In this document: positions 1 through 7,672 of the stretch, piece by piece
Position numbering within the stretch: position 1 is the stretch's first letter
How the letters are laid out: the number at the start of each line of letters is the position of its first letter
Origin: Fidelibacterota bacterium
GTDB taxonomy: Bacteria; Fidelibacterota; Fidelibacteria; Fidelibacterales; Fidelibacteraceae
Reading direction: 5' to 3'
DNA: 12,911 bases
NCBI GenBank assembly: GCA_034723415.1
Contig: JAYEOX010000104.1
Location: forward strand, 1-12,911
Program-made: the position numbers and the translations under genes
The notes under the pieces: model-generated
Told to the model about the DNA's origin: nothing
The model's database searches: none
What the model saw: the letters and a program-made list of their open reading frames with translations, nothing else

Positions 1-564
1 TTTGGCAGTTTCTTTTTCGTAATGTCCTTCTTCATCTACAACTTTTACATTTTTTCTGCCGTCTTTTATTTTATTTCCATTTTCATCGAGTTTATCTTTA
101 TATGTTGTTTCTTTCCACTGAAAATAACTATCATTTCCCTCTTCGTTACTTTGTCCGCCTTCCAAGATACAATCTTTATACGGAAAATTTAAAACTATAT
201 CGTTAGTGTCTTTTAAGAATTTTTTACCGTCAGTTAATCCAATTCTGTTTTTGTATTGAGTGTAAGAATTATTAACTTTATTTTCTTCCATGAAAAAGCG
301 AAAATCATTTGTCTTAAATACATAAACATCTTGACTTCGACCTTGCTCAGTCCGAGTGATTTTTACCTGTCCGTTTGGCAGGCGGGCAAAAAACTTTTCT
401 CTTGTTTCTTTGTTCTGTAAAAGCAAATTAATGATTTTTTCATCAATCTTTTCTATTAGGTCCAAAAGTAAAGTTTCGTTTAACTCTGTTTTTTTATCAT
501 TCCAAAGTCGTTCATCTTTTTTTAGAATTTCAATAATTTTTGTTTTTAATTTGTTATTTTTCAT
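1..564 (-). CDS. mod: Type III restriction-modification methyltransferase (Mod subunit), N-terminal part; 3' end outside the window
   Basis: Hand translation from ATG at 564 is open to the window edge: MKNNKLKTKIIEILKKDERLWNDKKTELNETLLLDLIEKIDEKIINLLLQNKETREKFF...DVYVFKTNDFRFFMEENKVNNSYTQYKNRIGLTDGKKFLKDTNDIVLNFPYKDCILEGGQSNEEG. The NSYTxYxNxIGL and VLxFPYKDCxLEGGQ blocks match my recollection of LlaFI-like Type III Mod N-termini. The start overlaps the rhuM stop by 11 bp. Catalytic DPPY and SAM-binding motifs are not in the window. Confidence 0.8.
   Translation of the reverse strand, partial: MKNNKLKTKIIEILKKDERLWNDKKTELNETLLLDLIEKIDEKIINLLLQNKETREKFFARLPNGQVKITRTEQGRSQDVYVFKTNDFRFFMEENKVNNSYTQYKNRIGLTDGKKFLKDTNDIVLNFPYKDCILEGGQSNEEGNDSYFQWKETTYKDKLDENGNKIKDGRKNVKVVDEEGHYEKETAK
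334..357. repeat. 24-nt REP-like imperfect hairpin inside the mod CDS (ACTTCGACCTTGCTCAGTCCGAGT)
   Basis: Arms acttcgac / gtccgagt pair at 7 of 8 positions (one G-T). It encodes TRTEQGRS in the mod frame and resembles the CTTCGACnnnGCTCAG class of short dispersed repeats (from memory). Confidence 0.6.
366..386. repeat. 21-nt GC-rich REP-like imperfect hairpin inside the mod CDS (CCTGTCCGTTTGGCAGGCGGG)
   Basis: 15 of 21 bases are G/C in a very AT-rich gene. Arms cctgtccg / caggcggg pair at 7 of 8 positions (two G-T). It encodes ARLPNGQ in the mod frame and resembles the CCTGCCTGCCGGCAGGCAGG class of repeats (from memory). Confidence 0.65.
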
Positions 565-1597
565 TTTTGTCACTTTTTTTATTATTTAAAAGTTTTTTTA
601 CTTCACGATCAAAGTCGGAAATATAGTTTTTATCTTGTTTCGGTTTGAAATTTTGATACTCTTTTAAAGCTAATTCTTTTGCAATTTCGTGTGATATTTT
701 CCCGGTGTTCGTTAGTATTTCATATTCACTAAATTTCAAAAACGCATCAAGTTTATCTATCCAATCTTTCATCATCATTACTTTTCCTCTTGCGGCTTGC
801 AACTCAGCAAAATCAAGATACATATTTCCTATACGATTCAAATTTTTAAGTTCTGTTTTAGCTAAATAATTTTTTGCAATAACTACATCACTTGGCATGA
901 TTTTACCTTTTGGTGATTTTCTCCACGCAGTTAATCCCATTTTCTCTTTTTTGCTGTCAGCTCTATTGGCAACAATTTCTGCCGCAGTTTTTCCTGTAAT
1001 TGAAAAATGAAGTTTATTTTGAACTGTTGCAAAGAATTCTTTTGTTTTAGAAGAGTTTGGTGAATAGTCAAAAGAAGTCGCATAAATATCTGTAATTTTT
1101 TGATAGATCATTCTTTCACTTGTGCGAATATCTTTGATTTCTTCATAAAGCTCATCAAAGTAGCGTGTGCTGAAACGAGAACCATATTTCATTCTATCGC
1201 TATCGAGTGCATATCCTTTGTGAATATAATTTTTTAGAATTGTTGTTGCCCAAGTTCGAAATTCTCTTCCTCTATCGGAATTTACACGATATCCAACAGA
1301 AATAATTGCTTCGAGATTATAAAACTTTACATTTTTAATTTGAGTTTTCCCTTGGATGGCACCATGTTGAGTGGTATGTTCCAAAATGGAACTAACCACT
1401 TTTTCATCTAATTCCCCACTTTCAAAAATATTTTTAAGATGTTTTGTAATTGCCGGTCTTTGCACACCAAAAAGCTCTGCCATTGTCTTTTGATTTAGCC
1501 AAATATTTTCTTCTGCATACATCACTTCTAAGTGAACATTTCCATCTTGTGATTGATAAAATACAATATGATTATCAGGAATATTTTTTCTATTCAT
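554..1597 (-). CDS. rhuM: Virulence RhuM family putative DNA-binding protein
   Basis: 347 aa with IWLNQKTMAELFGV..AITKHLKNIFESGELDE, YNLEAIISVGYRVNS.RG..FRTWAT, IRTSERMIYQKITDIYA, FFATVQNKLH, and AKNYL..EL..LNRI motifs typical of RhuM. The family is commonly found beside R-M genes. Confidence 0.9.
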   Translation of the reverse strand: MNRKNIPDNHIVFYQSQDGNVHLEVMYAEENIWLNQKTMAELFGVQRPAITKHLKNIFESGELDEKVVSSILEHTTQHGAIQGKTQIKNVKFYNLEAIISVGYRVNSDRGREFRTWATTILKNYIHKGYALDSDRMKYGSRFSTRYFDELYEEIKDIRTSERMIYQKITDIYATSFDYSPNSSKTKEFFATVQNKLHFSITGKTAAEIVANRADSKKEKMGLTAWRKSPKGKIMPSDVVIAKNYLAKTELKNLNRIGNMYLDFAELQAARGKVMMMKDWIDKLDAFLKFSEYEILTNTGKISHEIAKELALKEYQNFKPKQDKNYISDFDREVKKLLNNKKSDKNEK

Positions 1598-1679
1598 AAT
1601 TGTTTTTCAATTCCTTTTTATTTATACCCAATTTACAATTATTTTAATGGATTTAAAAGAAAATTAAAACTCATTTACA

Positions 1680-3110
1680 TCAAGTATATATTTTCGCTAC
1701 TTGCCAATCACCTTTTTTATAAACAGCATAAGCCCAAATAGTTGAGAGAATATTACTTATCAACATTGACCACCAGAGAGCTTCATAGGTATTTTGTTCC
1801 AAAGCAACCGCCTGAAAAAACGGAAGTAAAAAGCTGGATTTGAGAAATGTAATTTCAATTATTTTTCCCGAAAGCAGAAAAACCAATGGAATTCTGAAGA
1901 GCCATAATCTTGCCATATTATAGAACATAGCTGACTTTGTGTGACCGGATCCATTGAAGACGCCATTGAAAACGAACATTATTCCGAAAATATTTGCAGC
2001 AAAGGCAACGATTTTAAACATTCTTCCGCCAATTGCTATGATTTTCGGGTCGTTAATAAAGAATACTGTAAGTTGTTCACCAAAAAAGAAAAGTCCGGCA
2101 CAACCTAATGTCATAATTGTAAAGATTAAATAAAAGGCGATTCTGACAGAACTTTTGGCTCGGGATATTTTTTTCGCACCTAAATTTTGACCTATCATCG
2201 ATGAAAGTCCGCGAGAAATTCCCATCGCCGGCATCATAAATAGACCTATCATTCTATTTCCAATTGTATATGCTGAAATTACAGTAACACCATAAGTATT
2301 TACAAATCCTTGGAGCAAAACAAAACCTAAACTTGTAGCTGATTGTGCCAAAGAAGCCGGTATTGAAATGTTCATGATTTTCTTTAAAATAGATTTTATA
2401 GGGATTATGTCTTTTAAAGAAGGTATGAATTTATTGTATTTTTTATAAAAGAAAATTATTGCAATTAGTGCTGCAAGAGCTCTTGCGAAAAGTGTGGCGA
2501 TTCCGGCACCAACAACTCCCATTTTAGGGAAAATTCCAATTCCAAAAATTAATAACGGATCTAAAATAATATTGAGCGTAATTGTAATTACTTGAATTTT
2601 CATTGGAGAAACTGTATCGCCGAAACCTTGAGAAATACTTTGGTATGTAAAGAAAACAAACATGAAAATCATTCCGTATAAGATAATATGCACATATTTT
2701 TTAGCAATATCGAAAATAGCTGTGGGTGTATTTAACAACTTTAAAATTGGTTCTAAAAGCAATTCGTTTATTAAAATAAAAAATATAGTAAAAACAAAAA
2801 GTATTGTAACAAATTGTCCAATAACTTTTTTGATGTTTCCTTCATTTTTTGCACCTTTATATTGTGCAATCAAAGATGTCCCCGCAACTGTAAAACCAGA
2901 GCCGAAAGATATTAGAAAAAATACGATTGGAAAAGTTAAGCCAACAACCGAAACGGCACCGGCTGCTGAAGATCCGGTTTTACCCAACCAAAAAGCATCC
3001 ACTAAATTATATAAAGTCATCATTAAATTAGATAACATAATAGGAAGTGATAGCTTCACTAATTTTTTTGTTATGTTTCCTGTTGTTAGATCTGTTTTAT
3101 CGTCTTGCAT
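1680..3110 (-). CDS. MATE family efflux transporter
   Basis: 476 aa with about 12 hydrophobic segments. Shows DLTTGNI..KL.KLSLP, LYNLVDAFWLG, GDTVSPM, LNIILDPLLIFG, MGVVGAGIAT and IGQNLGA motifs. Confidence 0.93.
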   Translation of the reverse strand: MQDDKTDLTTGNITKKLVKLSLPIMLSNLMMTLYNLVDAFWLGKTGSSAAGAVSVVGLTFPIVFFLISFGSGFTVAGTSLIAQYKGAKNEGNIKKVIGQFVTILFVFTIFFILINELLLEPILKLLNTPTAIFDIAKKYVHIILYGMIFMFVFFTYQSISQGFGDTVSPMKIQVITITLNIILDPLLIFGIGIFPKMGVVGAGIATLFARALAALIAIIFFYKKYNKFIPSLKDIIPIKSILKKIMNISIPASLAQSATSLGFVLLQGFVNTYGVTVISAYTIGNRMIGLFMMPAMGISRGLSSMIGQNLGAKKISRAKSSVRIAFYLIFTIMTLGCAGLFFFGEQLTVFFINDPKIIAIGGRMFKIVAFAANIFGIMFVFNGVFNGSGHTKSAMFYNMARLWLFRIPLVFLLSGKIIEITFLKSSFLLPFFQAVALEQNTYEALWWSMLISNILSTIWAYAVYKKGDWQVAKIYT

Positions 3111-3277
3111 TTAATTTTTAATGATTTGAAAATTTAGAACAATTCATAGCAGTATCAACAAATAAATTCTACAGTATAATACTAATGTAAAATTTACAAT
3201 TAATTTTATTAATTTAAAAGATTTTTCACGATCTACGGAATATATTATTTATTGTATTTTATAGTAAAATAGAGGAT

Positions 3278-3580
3278 CTATTCAATTATCTCAACATCAG
3301 ATAATTCCACAATTGTTCCCCACATATGGAAACTAACCAAATCCTTTCTTTCAATATAATTAAATTTGATTTTTTGTCCATCTATTTTTAAACTATTTTC
3401 TAAATTTATTGGATCTAAATGTCTGTCATCTTCAGTAATAATTCCATAAAATCCACCTTCGAAAGAAAGATATGTGACTGTCCCATGTGTTTTGTCATCT
3501 TCGGAATTATTAAATAAATTACAACTTACAAATATTAATGATATAAGTATAATTATAAAAATAGTTAATATTTTTTTCAT
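3278..3580 (-). CDS. Small hypothetical lipoprotein (about 100 aa, probably beta-rich/OB-like)
   Basis: Start re-called at ATG 3580, which follows GGAGAGG and gives the signal peptide MKKILTIFIIILISLIFVS-C. The mature part GTVTYLSFEGGFYGI...DPINL...HMWGTIVEL resembles a conserved hypothetical family. Confidence 0.75.
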   Translation of the reverse strand: MKKILTIFIIILISLIFVSCNLFNNSEDDKTHGTVTYLSFEGGFYGIITEDDRHLDPINLENSLKIDGQKIKFNYIERKDLVSFHMWGTIVELSDVEIIE

Positions 3581-3693
3581 ATCCTCTCCATTATTTATAA
3601 ATTTTAAATTCCATAATTTCTTTTCCTCGAACGAAATAACACATAACAACTTTCTGAATATAAAAAAACATATTGAATTTTTCAAGAAATTAC

Positions 3694-3722
3694 TTGCTTT
3701 TTCTCCATAACATCAGTATTAT
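3694..3722 (+). promoter_or_regulatory. Sigma70-type promoter for the AAA ATPase gene
   Basis: TTGCTT (3694-3699), 17-nt spacer, TATTAT (3717-3722), ending 66 nt upstream of ATG 3789. Confidence 0.6.
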
Positions 3723-3732
3723 TGGACTGTGT

Positions 3733-3759
3733 TCCAAGAATAACTCAGTTATTGTTGGA
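3733..3759. promoter_or_regulatory. 27-bp palindrome, candidate operator
   Basis: TCCAAGAATAACT-C-AGTTATTGTTGGA; 12 of 13 arm positions are complementary. It lies just downstream of the predicted transcription start. Confidence 0.55.
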
Positions 3760-3788
3760 TAGTATGCTAACAATTATAGGATTATATT

Positions 3789-4970
3789 ATGTATATCAAA
3801 AGAGAATTAGAGAAAAAAATTATAAAATATATGGATAACAAAGAAATAATTGCAGTAATTGGTGCAAGGCAATGTGGCAAAACAACGATGATTAATCATA
3901 TTCTCAAACAATATAAAAATGTAAAATCAATTACTTTTGAAAATATTAACACTAAATTATTATTTGAAGAGGATATAGAATCCTTTATAGAATTATATGT
4001 TGACGGATATAATTATCTTTTTATTGATGAAGTCCAATATGCCAAAAATAGTGGGAAAATTTTGAAGTATATTTTTGATACACAAGATATAAAGATCATA
4101 ATATCCGGTTCATCATCAACGGATATTTCGATAAAAAGTTTAAAATATTTAGTTGGTAGAATTTTCATATTTCATTTGCACACTTTTTCATTTAGTGAAT
4201 TTCTACAATTTCGTGATGAAAAAATTTATAAAATTTATATAAAAAAGAAATTTGGTAATCAGATTAATCAAAAGTTATTAAAATTTATTCACGAATTTAT
4301 GAAATTTGGCGGATATCCGCGAGTTGTAATTTCAAAAACAGATGAAGAAAAAAAAATAGTTCTTGAGAATATTTATAACACTTATTTATTAAGAGAGATT
4401 AAAGAGATTTTGCAACTCAGTAAAAATGATAAATTAATAAAATTATTGAAAGCACTATCCTTGCAAATTGGTAATATTATCAATTATAATGAACTCTCAC
4501 AAATTACAGGTTTTGACTTTAAGACACTCAAAAAATACTTATATATTTTAGAAGAAACATATATTTGTCAGAGATGTAATACTTTTTTTACTAACAAACG
4601 GAATGAATTAGTTAAAGCACCTAAAATATATTTTTTCGACAATGGATTCCGCAATCAATGTGTGAATAATTTTGATATTCAATCACAAGAATTAGGAGCA
4701 TATTATGAAAATCTAATATTTTCCGAATTCCAAAAAAAGAGTATAAAATTAAAGTATTGGCGGACACATTCAAAAACAGAAGTGGACTTTATTCAAGATG
4801 AAAAAATACCAATCGAAATAAAAACAAAACCAAAAATAACAAAAGCTTTTTTGAGTTTCATTGATAGATATAAACCTGAGAAAGGTTATATAGTATCGCA
4901 AATTGAAAAAGAAAGTATTATAAAAAATAACTGTAAAATATATTTCAAATCATTTGCTCAATTTATTTAA
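3789..4970 (+). CDS. COG1373-type ATP-binding protein (AAA_14 + DUF4143)
   Basis: Walker A GARQCGKT, Walker B LFIDEVQ, SGSS, LVGR, GGYP, KIYFFDNG and C-terminal YWRT...EVDFI...PIEIK motifs. Confidence 0.9.
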   Translation: MYIKRELEKKIIKYMDNKEIIAVIGARQCGKTTMINHILKQYKNVKSITFENINTKLLFEEDIESFIELYVDGYNYLFIDEVQYAKNSGKILKYIFDTQDIKIIISGSSSTDISIKSLKYLVGRIFIFHLHTFSFSEFLQFRDEKIYKIYIKKKFGNQINQKLLKFIHEFMKFGGYPRVVISKTDEEKKIVLENIYNTYLLREIKEILQLSKNDKLIKLLKALSLQIGNIINYNELSQITGFDFKTLKKYLYILEETYICQRCNTFFTNKRNELVKAPKIYFFDNGFRNQCVNNFDIQSQELGAYYENLIFSEFQKKSIKLKYWRTHSKTEVDFIQDEKIPIEIKTKPKITKAFLSFIDRYKPEKGYIVSQIEKESIIKNNCKIYFKSFAQFI

Positions 4971-4977
4971 AAAACAA

Positions 4978-5009
4978 AAAAAGTGATAACTAAAATATCA
5001 TCACTTTTT
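4978..5009. terminator. Probable bidirectional intrinsic terminator
   Basis: AAAAAGTGAT-N12-ATCACTTTTT between convergent genes (ATPase stop 4970, lipoprotein stop 5075), with A and T tracts on either side. The stem is AT-rich and weak. Confidence 0.5.
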
Positions 5010-5011
5010 AT

Positions 5012-5059
5012 TTCTAACCTTCTAACCCTCTAACCTTCTAACCTTCTAAACTTCTAAAC
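5012..5059. repeat. 8-bp tandem repeat, 6 copies (consensus TTCTAACC)
   Basis: ttctaacc ttctaacc ctctaacc ttctaacc ttctaaac ttctaaac read directly from the sequence. Confidence 0.95.
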
Positions 5060-5074
5060 ACAAGAATCCCAAAT

Positions 5075-6136
5075 CTATTTTACAACCTTCCCGTCAAAGT
5101 AACCTGTCAATTGTTTTTTGAATTTTTTATTAATGATCTTTCCAATTTGTTTAACTGCATTTCTCTTTGCACCGGCATTGTCTAATCCACCTTCTCTGCC
5201 CTTTTCAACGATAGTAATTAAAACATCGTCGGCATTGTTAGTCATTTTGATGTTTAATTCCCAGCCGACAAATTTTAAGTTTCCCCGTTGAAGGTCAAGG
5301 TCTTCATAAGAAACTTTGCCGTCAATATTTAAGATAGGATCATTTGACAAATTAAAACTCAATTCTCCGATTATTTCTTCAAGCAATACTTTTACTCTAT
5401 CATCCGGGTCATTTTTGATATTAACTGAAAAGGTGATTTTTTGTGCCAAGTCAGAAACCATGTTTTTTATTTCATTATGATCATAACCTTTGTTTGCATT
5501 AATAACTTTATAATCAGCGTGTGAGATCACCTGAAGTTGGTCGAGCAGCATTTTATTATTCAAACTTAATATCATAGCTGCATTTAGATATGCATATTGC
5601 TCGAGAATATCATTACTCTTTTCACTTTTATCAGAGAAATATAAAATCTGATTATTGGCAGTGTTTATTTTCCCGGCGTAGATCGATGCTGTTTCTGCTC
5701 TGTTAAGATATGCCAACACATGAATTCGCGCCATTTTATCAATATAACTCTTTCCGAATTTGACATTTACAAGAGATTGATCAGATTTGATGTTTACATT
5801 TTCGTTGCTTTCTGTGGTTAATTCTTCGCTGACAAACTCTGTTCCCTTGCTTAAACTTTTGTATCTTTCTTTCATCGTGTGATCAACTTTAACTTTTGAT
5901 TCGAATATTCGTGAAAGATTCCCTGCAGCGATATTTTCTGCATCTTGTCTTGTGTCGCCGGCACCGATAGCAACCAAATATTTGGAATCAGGATATAGTT
6001 TATGTGGATTGTCCATCCAGACAGGCCTTTTGTCGGATTTTGCATTCGCACTTCCGAGATTTTGTCCGGTTTGTGAACAATTAAATATCAATAGCGATAT
6101 TAAAAGTAAACTTATAATAGTTAAGAATTTTTTCAT
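5075..6136 (-). CDS. LPP20-family-like lipoprotein
   Basis: Start re-called at ATG 6136 (AAGAGG RBS; signal peptide MKKFLTIISLLLISLLIFN-C). RPVWMDNP...YP..KYLVAIGAG..RQDAE..A...LSRIFESKV is typical of LPP20-like domains. An alpha/beta C-terminal domain follows. Confidence 0.7.
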   Translation of the reverse strand: MKKFLTIISLLLISLLIFNCSQTGQNLGSANAKSDKRPVWMDNPHKLYPDSKYLVAIGAGDTRQDAENIAAGNLSRIFESKVKVDHTMKERYKSLSKGTEFVSEELTTESNENVNIKSDQSLVNVKFGKSYIDKMARIHVLAYLNRAETASIYAGKINTANNQILYFSDKSEKSNDILEQYAYLNAAMILSLNNKMLLDQLQVISHADYKVINANKGYDHNEIKNMVSDLAQKITFSVNIKNDPDDRVKVLLEEIIGELSFNLSNDPILNIDGKVSYEDLDLQRGNLKFVGWELNIKMTNNADDVLITIVEKGREGGLDNAGAKRNAVKQIGKIINKKFKKQLTGYFDGKVVK

Positions 6137-6167
6137 ATTATGACCTCTTATTTTTTTCAAATATTGT

Positions 6168-7589
6168 TTATTGTAAATAAAATGATTCCACCAAATTTAA
6201 TCCCGAAGAACTTACAAATATATCCCCAATATTGTCGGTATATAGTAGTTGATTATTGCTATCAAAATATTTTACATTGATGTTGTGCAAACCCGAACCA
6301 ACTTCGATTTCGCCGATCATTGCTTGAGATGGAAAAAACCTTGAAATTCGCAAGTCGGCATTTTCTGTCATGTCAACAGTAATATCTGTAGCAAGTTTTG
6401 AAGCAAATGCTAAATAAGGATTGGCAATTTGTTTATCCATTTCATCTTTTGCCTTTTCTGATGCAAGTCCTTTCAGAATGGTTCTTACAACTGATTTTAC
6501 ATAAATTAACGGTGCTTTTACTTTAAATGTGGTGTGAGCGACATTTTCCATATTTTCAATTAAATTTAGCTCTTTCTTTTCAACGCCATCAACTTCAACA
6601 CTTATTCGGCTGACAACTGATCCTCTTTTTGCCATATAAGGGAGTGAAAATTTAAAGTGTTTACCGGCTTTACAAGGCCAGGACATTGTTTGTGAAAATT
6701 GCACAGGTTCTGTTGAAGTAATATTCACATGTCCGTCAAATGTAGTAATGTAATATGTTGCGGCTTTTTTAACAGGAGATTTTCCTATAAAGCTTAAAAT
6801 ATTTACTTTTGTCTCATCTGTTCTTTCTAAATATGGATCAAGCTGTGGCATTGTAAAATTATAAATTTGACTCTGAGAATGCCATGCCTCTTTAATTTTG
6901 TTCAGATCCATCTTAGCATCATCCCAATCATTGTCAGAACGATATAAAAGCATGCTGATCAATTTCCCCAAAACGTCATTATGAAATTTGTTTTTTGCCG
7001 GTTTAAATTCCGGTTTATTCTCATCTTTTGAATTTTTATCTTCTGAGTCCTCGTCATTTTTTTTCGACATAGCGGCACTCATTTTATCACCAAGATCTTT
7101 ATACTTATCATCTAATTTGTTCAATTTTAAATTTATTCTGTTTATCTCAACAAAAGAAGCGTCAATCTCATTTAACTTAATATAATTTAGTGCTTTGAAC
7201 ACATTCAAATAAATATCTTCGTAATCTTCTCCGGAATAATCGAGAGCATTGTCGTTTAGAAGTATGGAAGTTGCAATTTTTGAGGCACTTTTTGTAAACA
7301 GATCTTCAATTCCATATTCGGCTTTTGTCAAAAATTCGTTACTTTTTTCATATTCACCGGCATAGTGATACAGCATTCCCAAATTTAAATAGTATAAAAC
7401 TTTGTCTTTTTCTTTATATACTTTTTCTTTACTTTCTTTAATTTGTGAAATTGCGGCTTGATAATTGCCGGAGTAAACATTTTGATCAATTTTTTCATAT
7501 TGGCTTACATTTGTTTTTGTAGATGAACAGCTGATAATAATTAATATAATTGATAATTGGATAAAATATTTTTTAATAATGTCTAACAT
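6168..7589 (-). CDS. COG3014-family uncharacterised TPR-like lipoprotein
   Basis: Lipobox IIIS-C. Shows DKVLYYLNLGML.HYAG.YEKSN..L..AE, LLNDNALDYSGEDYE.IYLNVFKALNY and TENADLR.SRFFP motifs of COG3014-type proteins. AAGGA RBS upstream. Confidence 0.8.
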   Translation of the reverse strand: MLDIIKKYFIQLSIILIIISCSSTKTNVSQYEKIDQNVYSGNYQAAISQIKESKEKVYKEKDKVLYYLNLGMLYHYAGEYEKSNEFLTKAEYGIEDLFTKSASKIATSILLNDNALDYSGEDYEDIYLNVFKALNYIKLNEIDASFVEINRINLKLNKLDDKYKDLGDKMSAAMSKKNDEDSEDKNSKDENKPEFKPAKNKFHNDVLGKLISMLLYRSDNDWDDAKMDLNKIKEAWHSQSQIYNFTMPQLDPYLERTDETKVNILSFIGKSPVKKAATYYITTFDGHVNITSTEPVQFSQTMSWPCKAGKHFKFSLPYMAKRGSVVSRISVEVDGVEKKELNLIENMENVAHTTFKVKAPLIYVKSVVRTILKGLASEKAKDEMDKQIANPYLAFASKLATDITVDMTENADLRISRFFPSQAMIGEIEVGSGLHNINVKYFDSNNQLLYTDNIGDIFVSSSGLNLVESFYLQ

Positions 7590-7613
7590 ATTATTATTCC
7601 TTATTTTTGTTTG

Positions 7614-7651
7614 AAAAAAGTAAAAGCAAAGGAATGTCCTCTGCTTTTACT
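7614..7651 (-). terminator. Intra-cluster intrinsic terminator or stabilising hairpin
   Basis: Minus strand reads AGTAAAAGCAGAGGA-CAT-TCCTTTGCTTTTACT-TTTTT: a 15-bp stem with one G-U pair followed by a U run, between the lpoB-like and COG3014 genes. Confidence 0.75.
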
Positions 7652-7672
7652 ATTATTAAAAATAGGTAAGTT

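Noticed and set aside
1..564. Phase-variable simple sequence repeat in the mod gene
   Set aside because: Only short A/T homopolymers typical of this composition are visible; no long SSR tract occurs in the part of the gene shown.
356..589. 77-aa plus-strand ORF, and the other short plus-strand ORFs at 1553, 2662, 3474, 5952, 6988, 7992, 9795, 10398, 10522, 10989, 11128 and 12558
   Set aside because: They are antisense shadows of well-supported minus-strand genes and have no recognisable motifs.
3111..3277. ncRNA or riboswitch upstream of the MATE gene
   Set aside because: The region is extremely AT-rich with no stable stem or recognisable motif.
3581..3685. 35-aa N-terminal extension of the small lipoprotein given by the ORF track; likewise the track starts at 6160 and 11279
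   Set aside because: Downstream ATGs at 3580 and 6136 have good RBSs and place the signal peptide at the N-terminus. The 11279 start lies inside a repeat array.
7000..7075. Charged low-complexity stretch KKNDEDSEDKNSKDENK in the COG3014 protein as another inserted element
   Set aside because: No palindrome, GC anomaly or repeat unit is visible at DNA level; it is more likely an ordinary variable loop.
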